DNA from: Spirochaetia bacterium
GTDB taxonomy: Bacteria; Spirochaetota; Spirochaetia; SZUA-6; Bin103
NCBI GenBank assembly: GCA_965203905.1
Contig: CBDBDQ010000005.1
Span: 6,080,001-6,144,000 of the forward strand
Direction: 5' to 3'
Length of the DNA stretch: 64,000 bases
Shown: piece after piece, positions 56,798-64,000 of the stretch
Layout: each line of letters starts with the position of its first letter
Numbering within the stretch: the stretch's first letter is position 1
Translations under genes and position numbers: made by a program
Notes under the pieces: generated by a model
The model's database searches: none
What the model saw: only the letters and a program-made list of their open reading frames with translations
Told to the model about the DNA's origin: nothing

Positions 56798-57552
56798 AGG
56801 AACCTGCCCACGCGGGACATGAGCTGGAGGATCGGATCCAGCAGCGGTAGCTGGCCGCGCAGCCGTACCGCACCGGTACCCAGCGCCGTCCACAGCTCCA
56901 GCTCGCCGGACAGGACGCCGTAGGCGGTGTTGGGATCGGCAAACTGCACGGTGACGTTGGCCTGCGACTGCGCTCTGCGCGCGACCTGAAGCCGGCCCTG
57001 GGCGCATATGATCTGTAGTGGCGGATGGGCAACGATGCCGATCTCCGCGACACCGTCGGCGGCGCCGGACGCGGCGATGCGGCGGCCCTCTTCCCACGCC
57101 TCGGCGAGCACGCCGATGGCATACACCAGCACCGCGAGGCGGATCGCAACCGCCGCGGCGAAGGTGCCGTCGGCAGCGAGCTGCTCCCGCTCGCTGCGCA
57201 GGTAGTACTGCAGCCGCGCGCTGAGGGCGCGCAACCCGCCGATGAGGCGCGGGCGCCATGCGCCGACCCAAGGCAGCGGCACGGCGCCGCCCCCCTCGAA
57301 CATGCGCACCGCCGCGCCCGGGCTGAGCAGCAGCAGCCCCAGCGACGGCAGGCCGCGGCCGCGGCGAAGCGCCTGCAGCCGCCCGGCCGCCACCTCCAAC
57401 CGTAGCCCCGGTCCGCCGGCAACCCGCAGCCCGATGCTGCTGCGCCAGCCGGCCACCACCTGCTGCGCCGCCGGATCGACGCGAACCACCTCCTCGAGTT
57501 GCGGCAACACCGCGTGCAGATAGAGGTGAGCTTTGATCAGATCAGTGGTCAC
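56794..57552 (-). CDS. Hypothetical protein with SCP2-like (sterol carrier) domain(s)
   Basis: C-terminal 'VTVQF......GVLSGEL..WTALGTGAVRLRG.L' resembles SCP2; GTGA-coupled to the aminotransferase. Confidence 0.6.
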   Translation of the reverse strand: MTTDLIKAHLYLHAVLPQLEEVVRVDPAAQQVVAGWRSSIGLRVAGGPGLRLEVAAGRLQALRRGRGLPSLGLLLLSPGAAVRMFEGGGAVPLPWVGAWRPRLIGGLRALSARLQYYLRSEREQLAADGTFAAAVAIRLAVLVYAIGVLAEAWEEGRRIAASGAADGVAEIGIVAHPPLQIICAQGRLQVARRAQSQANVTVQFADPNTAYGVLSGELELWTALGTGAVRLRGQLPLLDPILQLMSRVGRFL

Positions 57553-57873
57553 GGCCACCGGCAACCCGCCGGCAACGTAGCCCGGCGAGCGCCCCGATGG
57601 CAACGCAACCCGCATCACCGCACCAGCCGGCGAAGTGATCCCAGAGCCGGTCAAGTCGGCGACCCGGCCACCTTTGCGCGCTGGTCCCACGGAGAACCAC
57701 GCGCGTCGGCGCTCGTTCTCAGCTTCTGGACTCGTGCCGCCGTTAAGGGTAGGTTGCCCTCAGATGGCGAACACGCTCGCGCTGACGCCACATTGCGGTT
57801 GGCGTCGCATCCTCCGGTACGGCGAACGTGCAACTCATACCGTCCCTACGGACGGCACCAACCGGCGTTGTCC

Positions 57874-59367
57874 ATGATTGGCGCAGGTGCCGTCGCGGGC
57901 GGCAACGGCAACTACCGAATCGAGGTTGCCGACTTCGGTCCGATTCGGCGCGCCGCCGTTGATCTTCGTCCGCTGACGGTGTTTGCCGGGCAAAGCAACA
58001 CCGGAAAGTCCTACCTGGCAATGCTGGTGTACGCGTTGCATGAGTGTTTCTGCCCAAACCCTATACGATTCGGGCAGGTCCAAACACGGCATCTGTTCAG
58101 CTTCAGCGGTGGCATAGCCGAGTCACTGTGGGACAAGGAAGACCTGCGCCGAAGCATCGTCGAATGGTGGTCAGCACTTGGCAGGAGCGAGGCGGCCCCG
58201 TTGCCGGACGATCTGGCCAGGGCGCTTCGCCCTTTGCTGCAGCGGCTCCCCGGGGGCGGACGATACCTGGCCCAGGAAGTGCGGCGTTGTTTCGGCGTCG
58301 AAGTAATCGAAGATCTTGTGCGCCGAGAGAGTCCGGCTGACAGCGCCATCATTACGCTGCAGATTCCGGATGGGCACGGGCGGCCGAGAGTTCGGTACCG
58401 GTCCGACTTTGGACCGAAGGGCGTGCGGATAGCGGGCCAGTTTGGCTCGTTGCCGCACGTGTCCGGTTTCAACTCCGACGATTCGGAATCCCTTGGCTTT
58501 GATCCTGCAGATCCGTCCTTTCTGATAGCTACCGTCGTGTCGAACGTGTTTGAGTCGTTGTTGGGTCCTCTGACGCGGCGTGCCTATTACCTTCCGGCTG
58601 ACCGCACAGGGGTCATGCATAGCCACCAAGTGGTGGTAAGCACCCTGATCCAAAGCGCGACCGCCGCGGGTATGCGTCCGTCCGCGAGCTCACCGCTCCT
58701 GTCGGGCGTTCTTGCCGACTTCCTGGATGGGCTGATCGGGATGAGCCGGTCTGCACGAAAGTCTCCGCGCGAGCTAGCCGAGGGTTTGGAGCAAAATCTG
58801 CTCGCGGGCGCAGTCCGGCTCGATCGATCCGAGAGTGGATATCCATCATTCGTCTATCGACCGACCAACTGGGATACCGATTTACCGTTGACACGCACCT
58901 CTTCGATGGTTTCGGAGCTGGCTCCAGTAGTGCTCTATCTGCGCCATCTTGTAGAGCCGGGCAATGTGCTGATCATCGAAGAGCCGGAGTCGCATCTGCA
59001 TCCAGCGTTGCAGGCGGAATTCACGCGGGAGCTGGCGCGGCTGGTGCACTCGGGCGTGCGCGTCATGCTGACCACGCACAGCGAGTGGATCCTGGAGTCG
59101 CTCGCCAACCTCGTGCGGATGTCGGAGCTGTCGGAGGAGCGGCGCGAAGGGATTCCTGGGGCGGACGCGGCGCTCGCTGCAGAGCACGTGGGCGCGTGGC
59201 TGTTCAAGCCCGACGATGGCGGTGGCTCCGTGGTGGAGGAGATTCCGCTCGACATCGACGCGGGCAGCTTCCCCGCCGGCTTCGGCGAGGTAACCGAGGC
59301 GCTGTACAACGAGTGGGCCAGGATTGGCAACCGGATTGCAGCGGCGATGGCCGACCAGAACGACTGA
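57874..59367 (+). CDS. ABC-type ATPase of the AAA_15/AAA_21 (OLD/AbiEii-like) class
   Basis: 'DFGPIRRA.VDLRPLTVFAGQSNTGKS' (Walker A), 'YLPADR', 'TSSMVSELAP', 'IIEEPESHLHP' (Walker B), 'TTHS'. Confidence 0.9.
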   Translation: MIGAGAVAGGNGNYRIEVADFGPIRRAAVDLRPLTVFAGQSNTGKSYLAMLVYALHECFCPNPIRFGQVQTRHLFSFSGGIAESLWDKEDLRRSIVEWWSALGRSEAAPLPDDLARALRPLLQRLPGGGRYLAQEVRRCFGVEVIEDLVRRESPADSAIITLQIPDGHGRPRVRYRSDFGPKGVRIAGQFGSLPHVSGFNSDDSESLGFDPADPSFLIATVVSNVFESLLGPLTRRAYYLPADRTGVMHSHQVVVSTLIQSATAAGMRPSASSPLLSGVLADFLDGLIGMSRSARKSPRELAEGLEQNLLAGAVRLDRSESGYPSFVYRPTNWDTDLPLTRTSSMVSELAPVVLYLRHLVEPGNVLIIEEPESHLHPALQAEFTRELARLVHSGVRVMLTTHSEWILESLANLVRMSELSEERREGIPGADAALAAEHVGAWLFKPDDGGGSVVEEIPLDIDAGSFPAGFGEVTEALYNEWARIGNRIAAAMADQND

Positions 59368-59412
59368 CAGTCGGCGCTGGCGCTGATCGACGCGCGCGTC
59401 GACGCGCGCTGT

Positions 59413-59835
59413 ATGGCCACGGCGATGAACAAGCAGGGATGCACCGTCGATACCGATGGCGTGCCTGCGCCATATCGCGTGATCGACATGGATCACGCGG
59501 CAGCTCCGGTGGACCCCAGCGACCGGAAGTGCGACTACCTGTTCCTGGCGGCGGACACAGGTCGACGAAGGATCTTGGTGGTGCCCCTGGAGCTCAAGCG
59601 CACGGGACTCAACCCTGCGTCTGTCGAGTCTCAGCTGCAAGCCGGAGCGGGAGTGGCGGAACAGACCGTTCGTGGGATTTCCCCGGTACGATTCGTTCCG
59701 GTGGCGGTCCACGGTGGAAGAGTGCATCGACGGCAATATCAAGAGCTCAGAACCAAGCGGATCAGATTCCGCAACAGCGACAACGAGATTGTGACCATGC
59801 CGTGTGGCTCACCCTTGACCGCCGCGCTCGCGTAG
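59413..59835 (+). CDS. Small putative PD-(D/E)xK-like nuclease-fold protein (true start may be upstream)
   Basis: 'RKCDYLF...VVPLELK...ESQLQAG' matches a D...ExK...Q pattern; directly follows the ATPase in the same frame. Confidence 0.6.
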   Translation: MATAMNKQGCTVDTDGVPAPYRVIDMDHAAAPVDPSDRKCDYLFLAADTGRRRILVVPLELKRTGLNPASVESQLQAGAGVAEQTVRGISPVRFVPVAVHGGRVHRRQYQELRTKRIRFRNSDNEIVTMPCGSPLTAALA

Positions 59836-60112
59836 TTGCGACGATCCCGTCGACGCCAAGCGGCGGCAGCGCGTGGTGTCGTGCGCCTTGTTGCCAAGGG
59901 TAGGCTATGCTCTAGTACCGAGCTATGCACCACCGCTGTGTTGGCCTGTCGGAGTTGGACTCTTGATCCGGCGCCGGCTTGGACACTGCCGGTACGCCAG
60001 CAAGGCGGCCCCACTCCCAGTGGCACTGATGCGTCACCCGCTCGCGGATGTTTTGGCCTTGGAATACCCTTTGCGTGGGTTACCGGCAGCCGCTGAACCG
60101 AGCTGACAGGTC

Positions 60113-61303
60113 GTGGCAGGTCGGCAGCTCACGGCGCTGGTGCCCAGCGCGTCCAATCTGGCAATGGTGCGGCGCCGCGTGCGGCTGTGGAAACCGCCGT
60201 TCGAAGCCGTGACCTCGCGCTGGGTGCGGCTTACGGTGGCGGGCCGGGAGTCGCTGCCGCGGCGCCAGCCGTTCCTGTTCCTGGCCAACCATAGCGGCTT
60301 CTTCGATCCTCCGATCATGGTGCGCGCGGCGGGCGAGGCGGTAACCATCCTGGCCACCGAGTCCAATTTTCGCGAGGGACCGATCGGCCGTTTCTTCGTC
60401 TACTTCGGCGCGGTACCGAAGATGAAGTACACCGCCGACGCCCGCGCCATCATCACGCTCAAGCGCTGGGCCGACGCCGGAGCCCACGTGGGGCTGTTTC
60501 CCGAGGGTGAGCGCACCTGGGACGGGCGCCGGCTGCCGCTGGTGCCGGGCATCGAGAAGCTGGTGCGGCTGCTCGGCCTGCCGCTGGTCACCATGCGCAT
60601 CTACAACGGCTTTCGCCAGTCACCGCGCTGGGCGCCGCGGCTGCGCCGCGGCCGCATCCACGTGGAGCTGGACCCGCCGCGCCAGTTCGACCGGCGCACG
60701 CCGCCGGCGGAGATCAAGCGCTACATCGAGGAGCGCATCACCGTCGACGCGCTGGGCGAGCCGCGCTTTCCGGTGGCCGGCGCCGGGCTGGCACAGGGGA
60801 TTGCCAACGTGGCCTGGGCCTGTCCCTGCTGCTACTTGATCGACGGCTTGGAGGAGACGGGCAGCCAACTCCGGTGCCGGGGCTGCGAGGCACGCTGGAG
60901 CGTCGACTGGGACGGCCGGCTGCGCGGACGCGACGGAGCCGCCAGCTACACCCTGCCGCACGTGGTGGACCGCATCCGCGCCCACTACGCCGCCGCACCG
61001 GGAGCACCCGGCGGCGATCCGCTGCCGGCCAGCGAGCCGATGACCCTGCTCGACATCCGCCCGCGGCGGCCGCGCGTGGTGGGACGCGGACGACTGCGGC
61101 TGACGCGCGACGAGCTGCTGGTGGAAGGAGCGCAGCCGTGGCAGTTGCCGGTGCACCAGGCGGAGGCGATCACCGTGGACATGCGGCGCCGCCTGACCCT
61201 GCGCGCGGGGCAGCGCTACCTCGAGGCCGTGATCCCGCACGAGTCGGTGCTCAAGTGGGAGTGGTTCGTCAAGCGGCAACAGGCCGCCGCTGCTAAACGT
61301 TGA
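60113..61303 (+). CDS. 1-acyl-sn-glycerol-3-phosphate (lysophospholipid) acyltransferase with C-terminal Zn-ribbon extension
   Basis: NHSGFFD (NHx4D), LFPEGERTWDG, 'CPCC...CRGC'. Confidence 0.88.
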   Translation: MAGRQLTALVPSASNLAMVRRRVRLWKPPFEAVTSRWVRLTVAGRESLPRRQPFLFLANHSGFFDPPIMVRAAGEAVTILATESNFREGPIGRFFVYFGAVPKMKYTADARAIITLKRWADAGAHVGLFPEGERTWDGRRLPLVPGIEKLVRLLGLPLVTMRIYNGFRQSPRWAPRLRRGRIHVELDPPRQFDRRTPPAEIKRYIEERITVDALGEPRFPVAGAGLAQGIANVAWACPCCYLIDGLEETGSQLRCRGCEARWSVDWDGRLRGRDGAASYTLPHVVDRIRAHYAAAPGAPGGDPLPASEPMTLLDIRPRRPRVVGRGRLRLTRDELLVEGAQPWQLPVHQAEAITVDMRRRLTLRAGQRYLEAVIPHESVLKWEWFVKRQQAAAAKR

Positions 61304-61982
61304 ACTTGACGTCGATCACGTCGCCGGCGGCAATCCGGTAGCTGCGATCCACGATCCGGAGCAGGCCCTTGGTGCGGGCTTCCTGCGGAGTGCGGAACTG
61401 GTCCAGGGTGGCGATGTTGAACACCTCGGCACGGATGAAGCCGCGCTCCAGGTCGCTGTGGACCTGTCCCGCCGCGGAGGTGACTGCCGCGCCGGCCGCC
61501 ACCTCCCATACCCGCGCCTCGCTCTTGGCGACGGTATAGAAGAAGATCCGCCCCAGCGCCCGGTGCAGGTCCCGCACGTGGCGCTGCAACTCGTGATCCG
61601 GCGGCGTGCCCGAGATCACCGCTCCCGGTCTGAGGGTGGCAAGGTTGAGTCCGCGCAGGTGGGTGAGCTCCTCTTCCGCGAAGGTCTCGTGGTTGAGCGG
61701 ACGTTCCTGCTCCAGCACGCCGATGGCGCGTTGCAGCAGGTCGGTATGGGCGGGATCGGCGTACAGGTTTCGCTCCAGGGTCTCGGTGTCCTCCAGCATC
61801 CAGTCAAGCTGCTCTTCGGCAGTGATCAGAAAGCAATCCGCGCGCTGCCGCTGCTCCTGGTCGAAATCGGCCACGAAGTAGGTGCGGCGCGCCGAGCGGT
61901 AGCGCTCTGCCAGCGCGTCCAGCGCGGCGTCGGCGAGCTGGTAGCGGCCTCTCAGGTCGGCGCCCTGCACGAAGATCTTCAT
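61293..61982 (-). CDS. DUF933 (YchF C-terminal TGS) protein lacking the GTPase P-loop
   Basis: FFYTV..EARVW, AAGQVHSDLERGFIRAEV, 'Y.I..GDVI.VKFNV'; no GxxxxGKS. Confidence 0.85.
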   Translation of the reverse strand: MKIFVQGADLRGRYQLADAALDALAERYRSARRTYFVADFDQEQRQRADCFLITAEEQLDWMLEDTETLERNLYADPAHTDLLQRAIGVLEQERPLNHETFAEEELTHLRGLNLATLRPGAVISGTPPDHELQRHVRDLHRALGRIFFYTVAKSEARVWEVAAGAAVTSAAGQVHSDLERGFIRAEVFNIATLDQFRTPQEARTKGLLRIVDRSYRIAAGDVIDVKFNV

Positions 61983-62066
61983 GGCGACGGCGCTACCCTA
62001 CCCGATTCGGCCCGCGACCCGGAACCCGCGGCCGCTCGGCTCCGCGCGGTCCTGCCTGCTTGCCGA

Positions 62067-62110
62067 CAAAAATACTTGCAACTATACTTATTGCGATTAC
62101 AAGGTTTTTG
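62067..62110. promoter_or_regulatory. AT-rich promoter/operator with imperfect inverted repeat (probable MarR site)
   Basis: CAAAAATACTTGCAA ... TTACAAGGTTTTTG immediately upstream of the marR-like gene. Confidence 0.6.
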
Positions 62111-62117
62111 ACGGGAC

Positions 62118-62558
62118 ATGGAAGACCGACTCGACATCCCGGAGGACCTGTCCCTGGCCACGTTCCGGCGGCTGATGCGGGCCACGCTGCGCATCAAGCG
62201 GGCGATCGGACCGCTCCTCACGGAGGCCGGGCTGACCGGAGCCCAGTTCCATACCCTGGTGCGGATCCCGGATCAGGGCATCCCGGTTACCAGGCTGGCC
62301 GCGAAGGCATGGGCCGACCCCGGCAATGCGTCGGGCGTGATCGACCGGCTGGAACGCGAGGGCCTGGTGGAGCGGCGGCCCGCGGCCCATGACCGGCGCG
62401 TGGTCCTGGTGCATGCCACCGCCACCGGGCGCCGGCGCGTCGCGGAGCTGTGGCCGGCGTACCTGGACTGTATCCGGCGCAACATGGCGCCGCTGCGAGA
62501 CGAGGAACTGAACAGCCTGGGCGGGCTGTTGGAGAAACTCGCGCCAAAGGAGGACTGA
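62118..62558 (+). CDS. MarR-family transcriptional regulator
   Basis: GLTGAQFHTL, 'GNASGVIDRLEREGLVERR...DRRV.LV..TATG'. Confidence 0.93.
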   Translation: MEDRLDIPEDLSLATFRRLMRATLRIKRAIGPLLTEAGLTGAQFHTLVRIPDQGIPVTRLAAKAWADPGNASGVIDRLEREGLVERRPAAHDRRVVLVHATATGRRRVAELWPAYLDCIRRNMAPLRDEELNSLGGLLEKLAPKED

Positions 62559-62559
62559 G

Positions 62560-64000
62560 GTGCAGAGGCGACCACCGCAACCCGGCAACGACAACGGGCG
62601 CCACGACGAGGTGGAGCGGCGCCGTCCCCGGAAAGCCGGCCGGCCGGCCGGCGGCAGCGGCCGGCCCGCGCCGCGGCCCGCCGGTCCGAATGGCGCGCCC
62701 GGCGCGGGCGGCCAAGCCGCTCCGGACGGCTGGTCGCCACCCGGCGGTGCGCCCGGTGCGCGGCGCCCGCCACGCGGCACCGGACCGGACGGCCGCTCTC
62801 CCAACGGTGCGCCGCCGGGCATGGGCGGGCGGCCGCGTGCCGGCGGGGCTGCCGGCGGCCCACCGAACGGGGCGCCGGGCTGGGGCGGTGCAGGCGGCGG
62901 ACGGCCGGGCCAGCGGCCCGGATGGTCGGCGCTGCAGGCCCTGCTGCGCAGCCTGGCCTTCATGCGCAACTACCACTGGGCGACCCTGGCCAGCCTGCTC
63001 TGCCTGCTGGCCAGCTCCGCCGGCAACCTGGCGGTGCCGCGCCTCACCCAGCAGATCGTCGACAGCGGCATCCTCCAGGACCGCATGCAGGCGATCCTGA
63101 TCGGCGCCGTGATCATTGTCGCGGTTACTGCCCTGCGCTCGCTGTTCACCTATCTCCAGGGAGTGCTCTCGGCGCGCGTGTCGCAGGGCGTGGCCTACGA
63201 CCTGCGCAACTCGTTGTACGACCACATCCAGAGCCTCTCCTTCAGCTACCACGACCGCTCCCAGACCGGCCAGCTCCTCACCCGCGCCACCAGCGACGTC
63301 GACATGGTGCGCATGTTCATCAGCCACGGTGTGATCCAGATCGTCACCACGGCGGTGCTGCTGGGCGGCAGCTTCTACCTGCTGTTCGCCACCAACTGGC
63401 GGCTGGCGCTGCACGTGATCCCGGTCATGGCGGTGGTGTTCGTGGTGTTCACCTACATGTCCAAGATCGGGCGGCCCATGTTCCGGCGGGTGCAGGAGAA
63501 GATCGCCACCCTCAACACCCATCTGGAGGAGAACCTGGTCGGCGTGCGGGTGGTGAAGGCATTTACCGGCGCCGCCCGCGAGCAGGACCGATTCGAGGTC
63601 GGCAGCCGGGAACTGTACGACGAGTCGATGCGCGTCAGCCGCATCTTCTCGCTGGCCATTCCGCTGGTGTTCGCGATGGCCAACTTCGGCACCCTGGTGG
63701 TGACCTGGGGCGGCGGCATCCAGATCCTGGCCCAGCGCCTGACCATCGGCGAGCTGGTGGCGTTCCAGGGCTACCTGATCGTGGCCATGTTCCCGATCAC
63801 CATGCTCGGCATGATCATGATGTCGATCTCCCAGGCCTCCGCCAGCGCCGAACGGATCTTCGAGATTCTCGATGCCGAGTCGGACGTCAAGGAGAAGCCG
63901 GATGCCGCGGTGCTGCGGCCGCTCACCGGCGGCCTGCGCTTCGAGGAGGTGGGATTCCGCTACTTCGGCATCGGTGCGCCGGTGCTGCAGGACGTGAGCT
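62560..64000 (+). CDS. ABC exporter, fused permease/ATP-binding protein (MdlA/MsbA-like), truncated by the window end
   Basis: Open frame from GTG 62560. After a Pro/Gly-rich leader: 'YDLRNSLYDHIQSLSFSYHDRSQTGQLLTRATSDVD', 'EENLVGVRVVKAF', 'ASAERIFEILD', 'LRFEEVGFRY'. Confidence 0.92.
   Translation, partial: MQRRPPQPGNDNGRHDEVERRRPRKAGRPAGGSGRPAPRPAGPNGAPGAGGQAAPDGWSPPGGAPGARRPPRGTGPDGRSPNGAPPGMGGRPRAGGAAGGPPNGAPGWGGAGGGRPGQRPGWSALQALLRSLAFMRNYHWATLASLLCLLASSAGNLAVPRLTQQIVDSGILQDRMQAILIGAVIIVAVTALRSLFTYLQGVLSARVSQGVAYDLRNSLYDHIQSLSFSYHDRSQTGQLLTRATSDVDMVRMFISHGVIQIVTTAVLLGGSFYLLFATNWRLALHVIPVMAVVFVVFTYMSKIGRPMFRRVQEKIATLNTHLEENLVGVRVVKAFTGAAREQDRFEVGSRELYDESMRVSRIFSLAIPLVFAMANFGTLVVTWGGGIQILAQRLTIGELVAFQGYLIVAMFPITMLGMIMMSISQASASAERIFEILDAESDVKEKPDAAVLRPLTGGLRFEEVGFRYFGIGAPVLQDVS

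Noticed and set aside
59365-59410. Selenocysteine recoding of the in-frame TGA
   Set aside because: The position is an inter-domain linker rather than a catalytic Cys site, and the downstream palindromes do not resemble a canonical bacterial SECIS by eye.
59836-60106. Small ORFs (77-95 aa) downstream of the nuclease-like gene as a third component
   Set aside because: No RBS, no codon bias or motifs, mutually overlapping; treated as intergenic.

Overview
Very GC-rich (about 70% by eye), gene-dense bacterial chromosome segment. Gene content and order point to a Spirochaetota genome: two bactofilins, a pallilysin-related adhesin-like gene, a TP0733/BB0027-like OMP with a lipoprotein, surA-nusB, a pentapeptide+MBL pair, phoH-ybeY-corC and an 'LFAGG' solute-binding-protein signal. 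The taxonomy is inferred, not searched. Left end: arylsulfatase convergent with an Opp/Dpp-type ABC operon that has no ATPase gene and ends in a CRTAC1/ASPIC-UnbV gene. Middle: mostly housekeeping genes (guaA, purB, map, nusB, surA, a DnaJ-domain gene). A roughly 22 kb minus-strand run (rsgA-mutS2-uvrA-lptD-phoH-ybeY-corC-pgk-tpiA-secG) leads directly into a complete F1Fo ATP synthase operon that looks foreign (Chloroflexota-like). Right end: yggS/pdxST, a candidate lipid/sterol-modifying cluster (desaturase, extended SDR, class III aminotransferase, SCP2-like protein, acyltransferase), a lower-GC ABC-ATPase + small PD-(D/E)xK-like nuclease module in one reading frame separated by a single TGA (candidate undescribed defence system), a G-domain-less mini-YchF, and a MarR + ABC exporter cut off by the window end. 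No rRNA, tRNA, CRISPR array or transposase was recognised.
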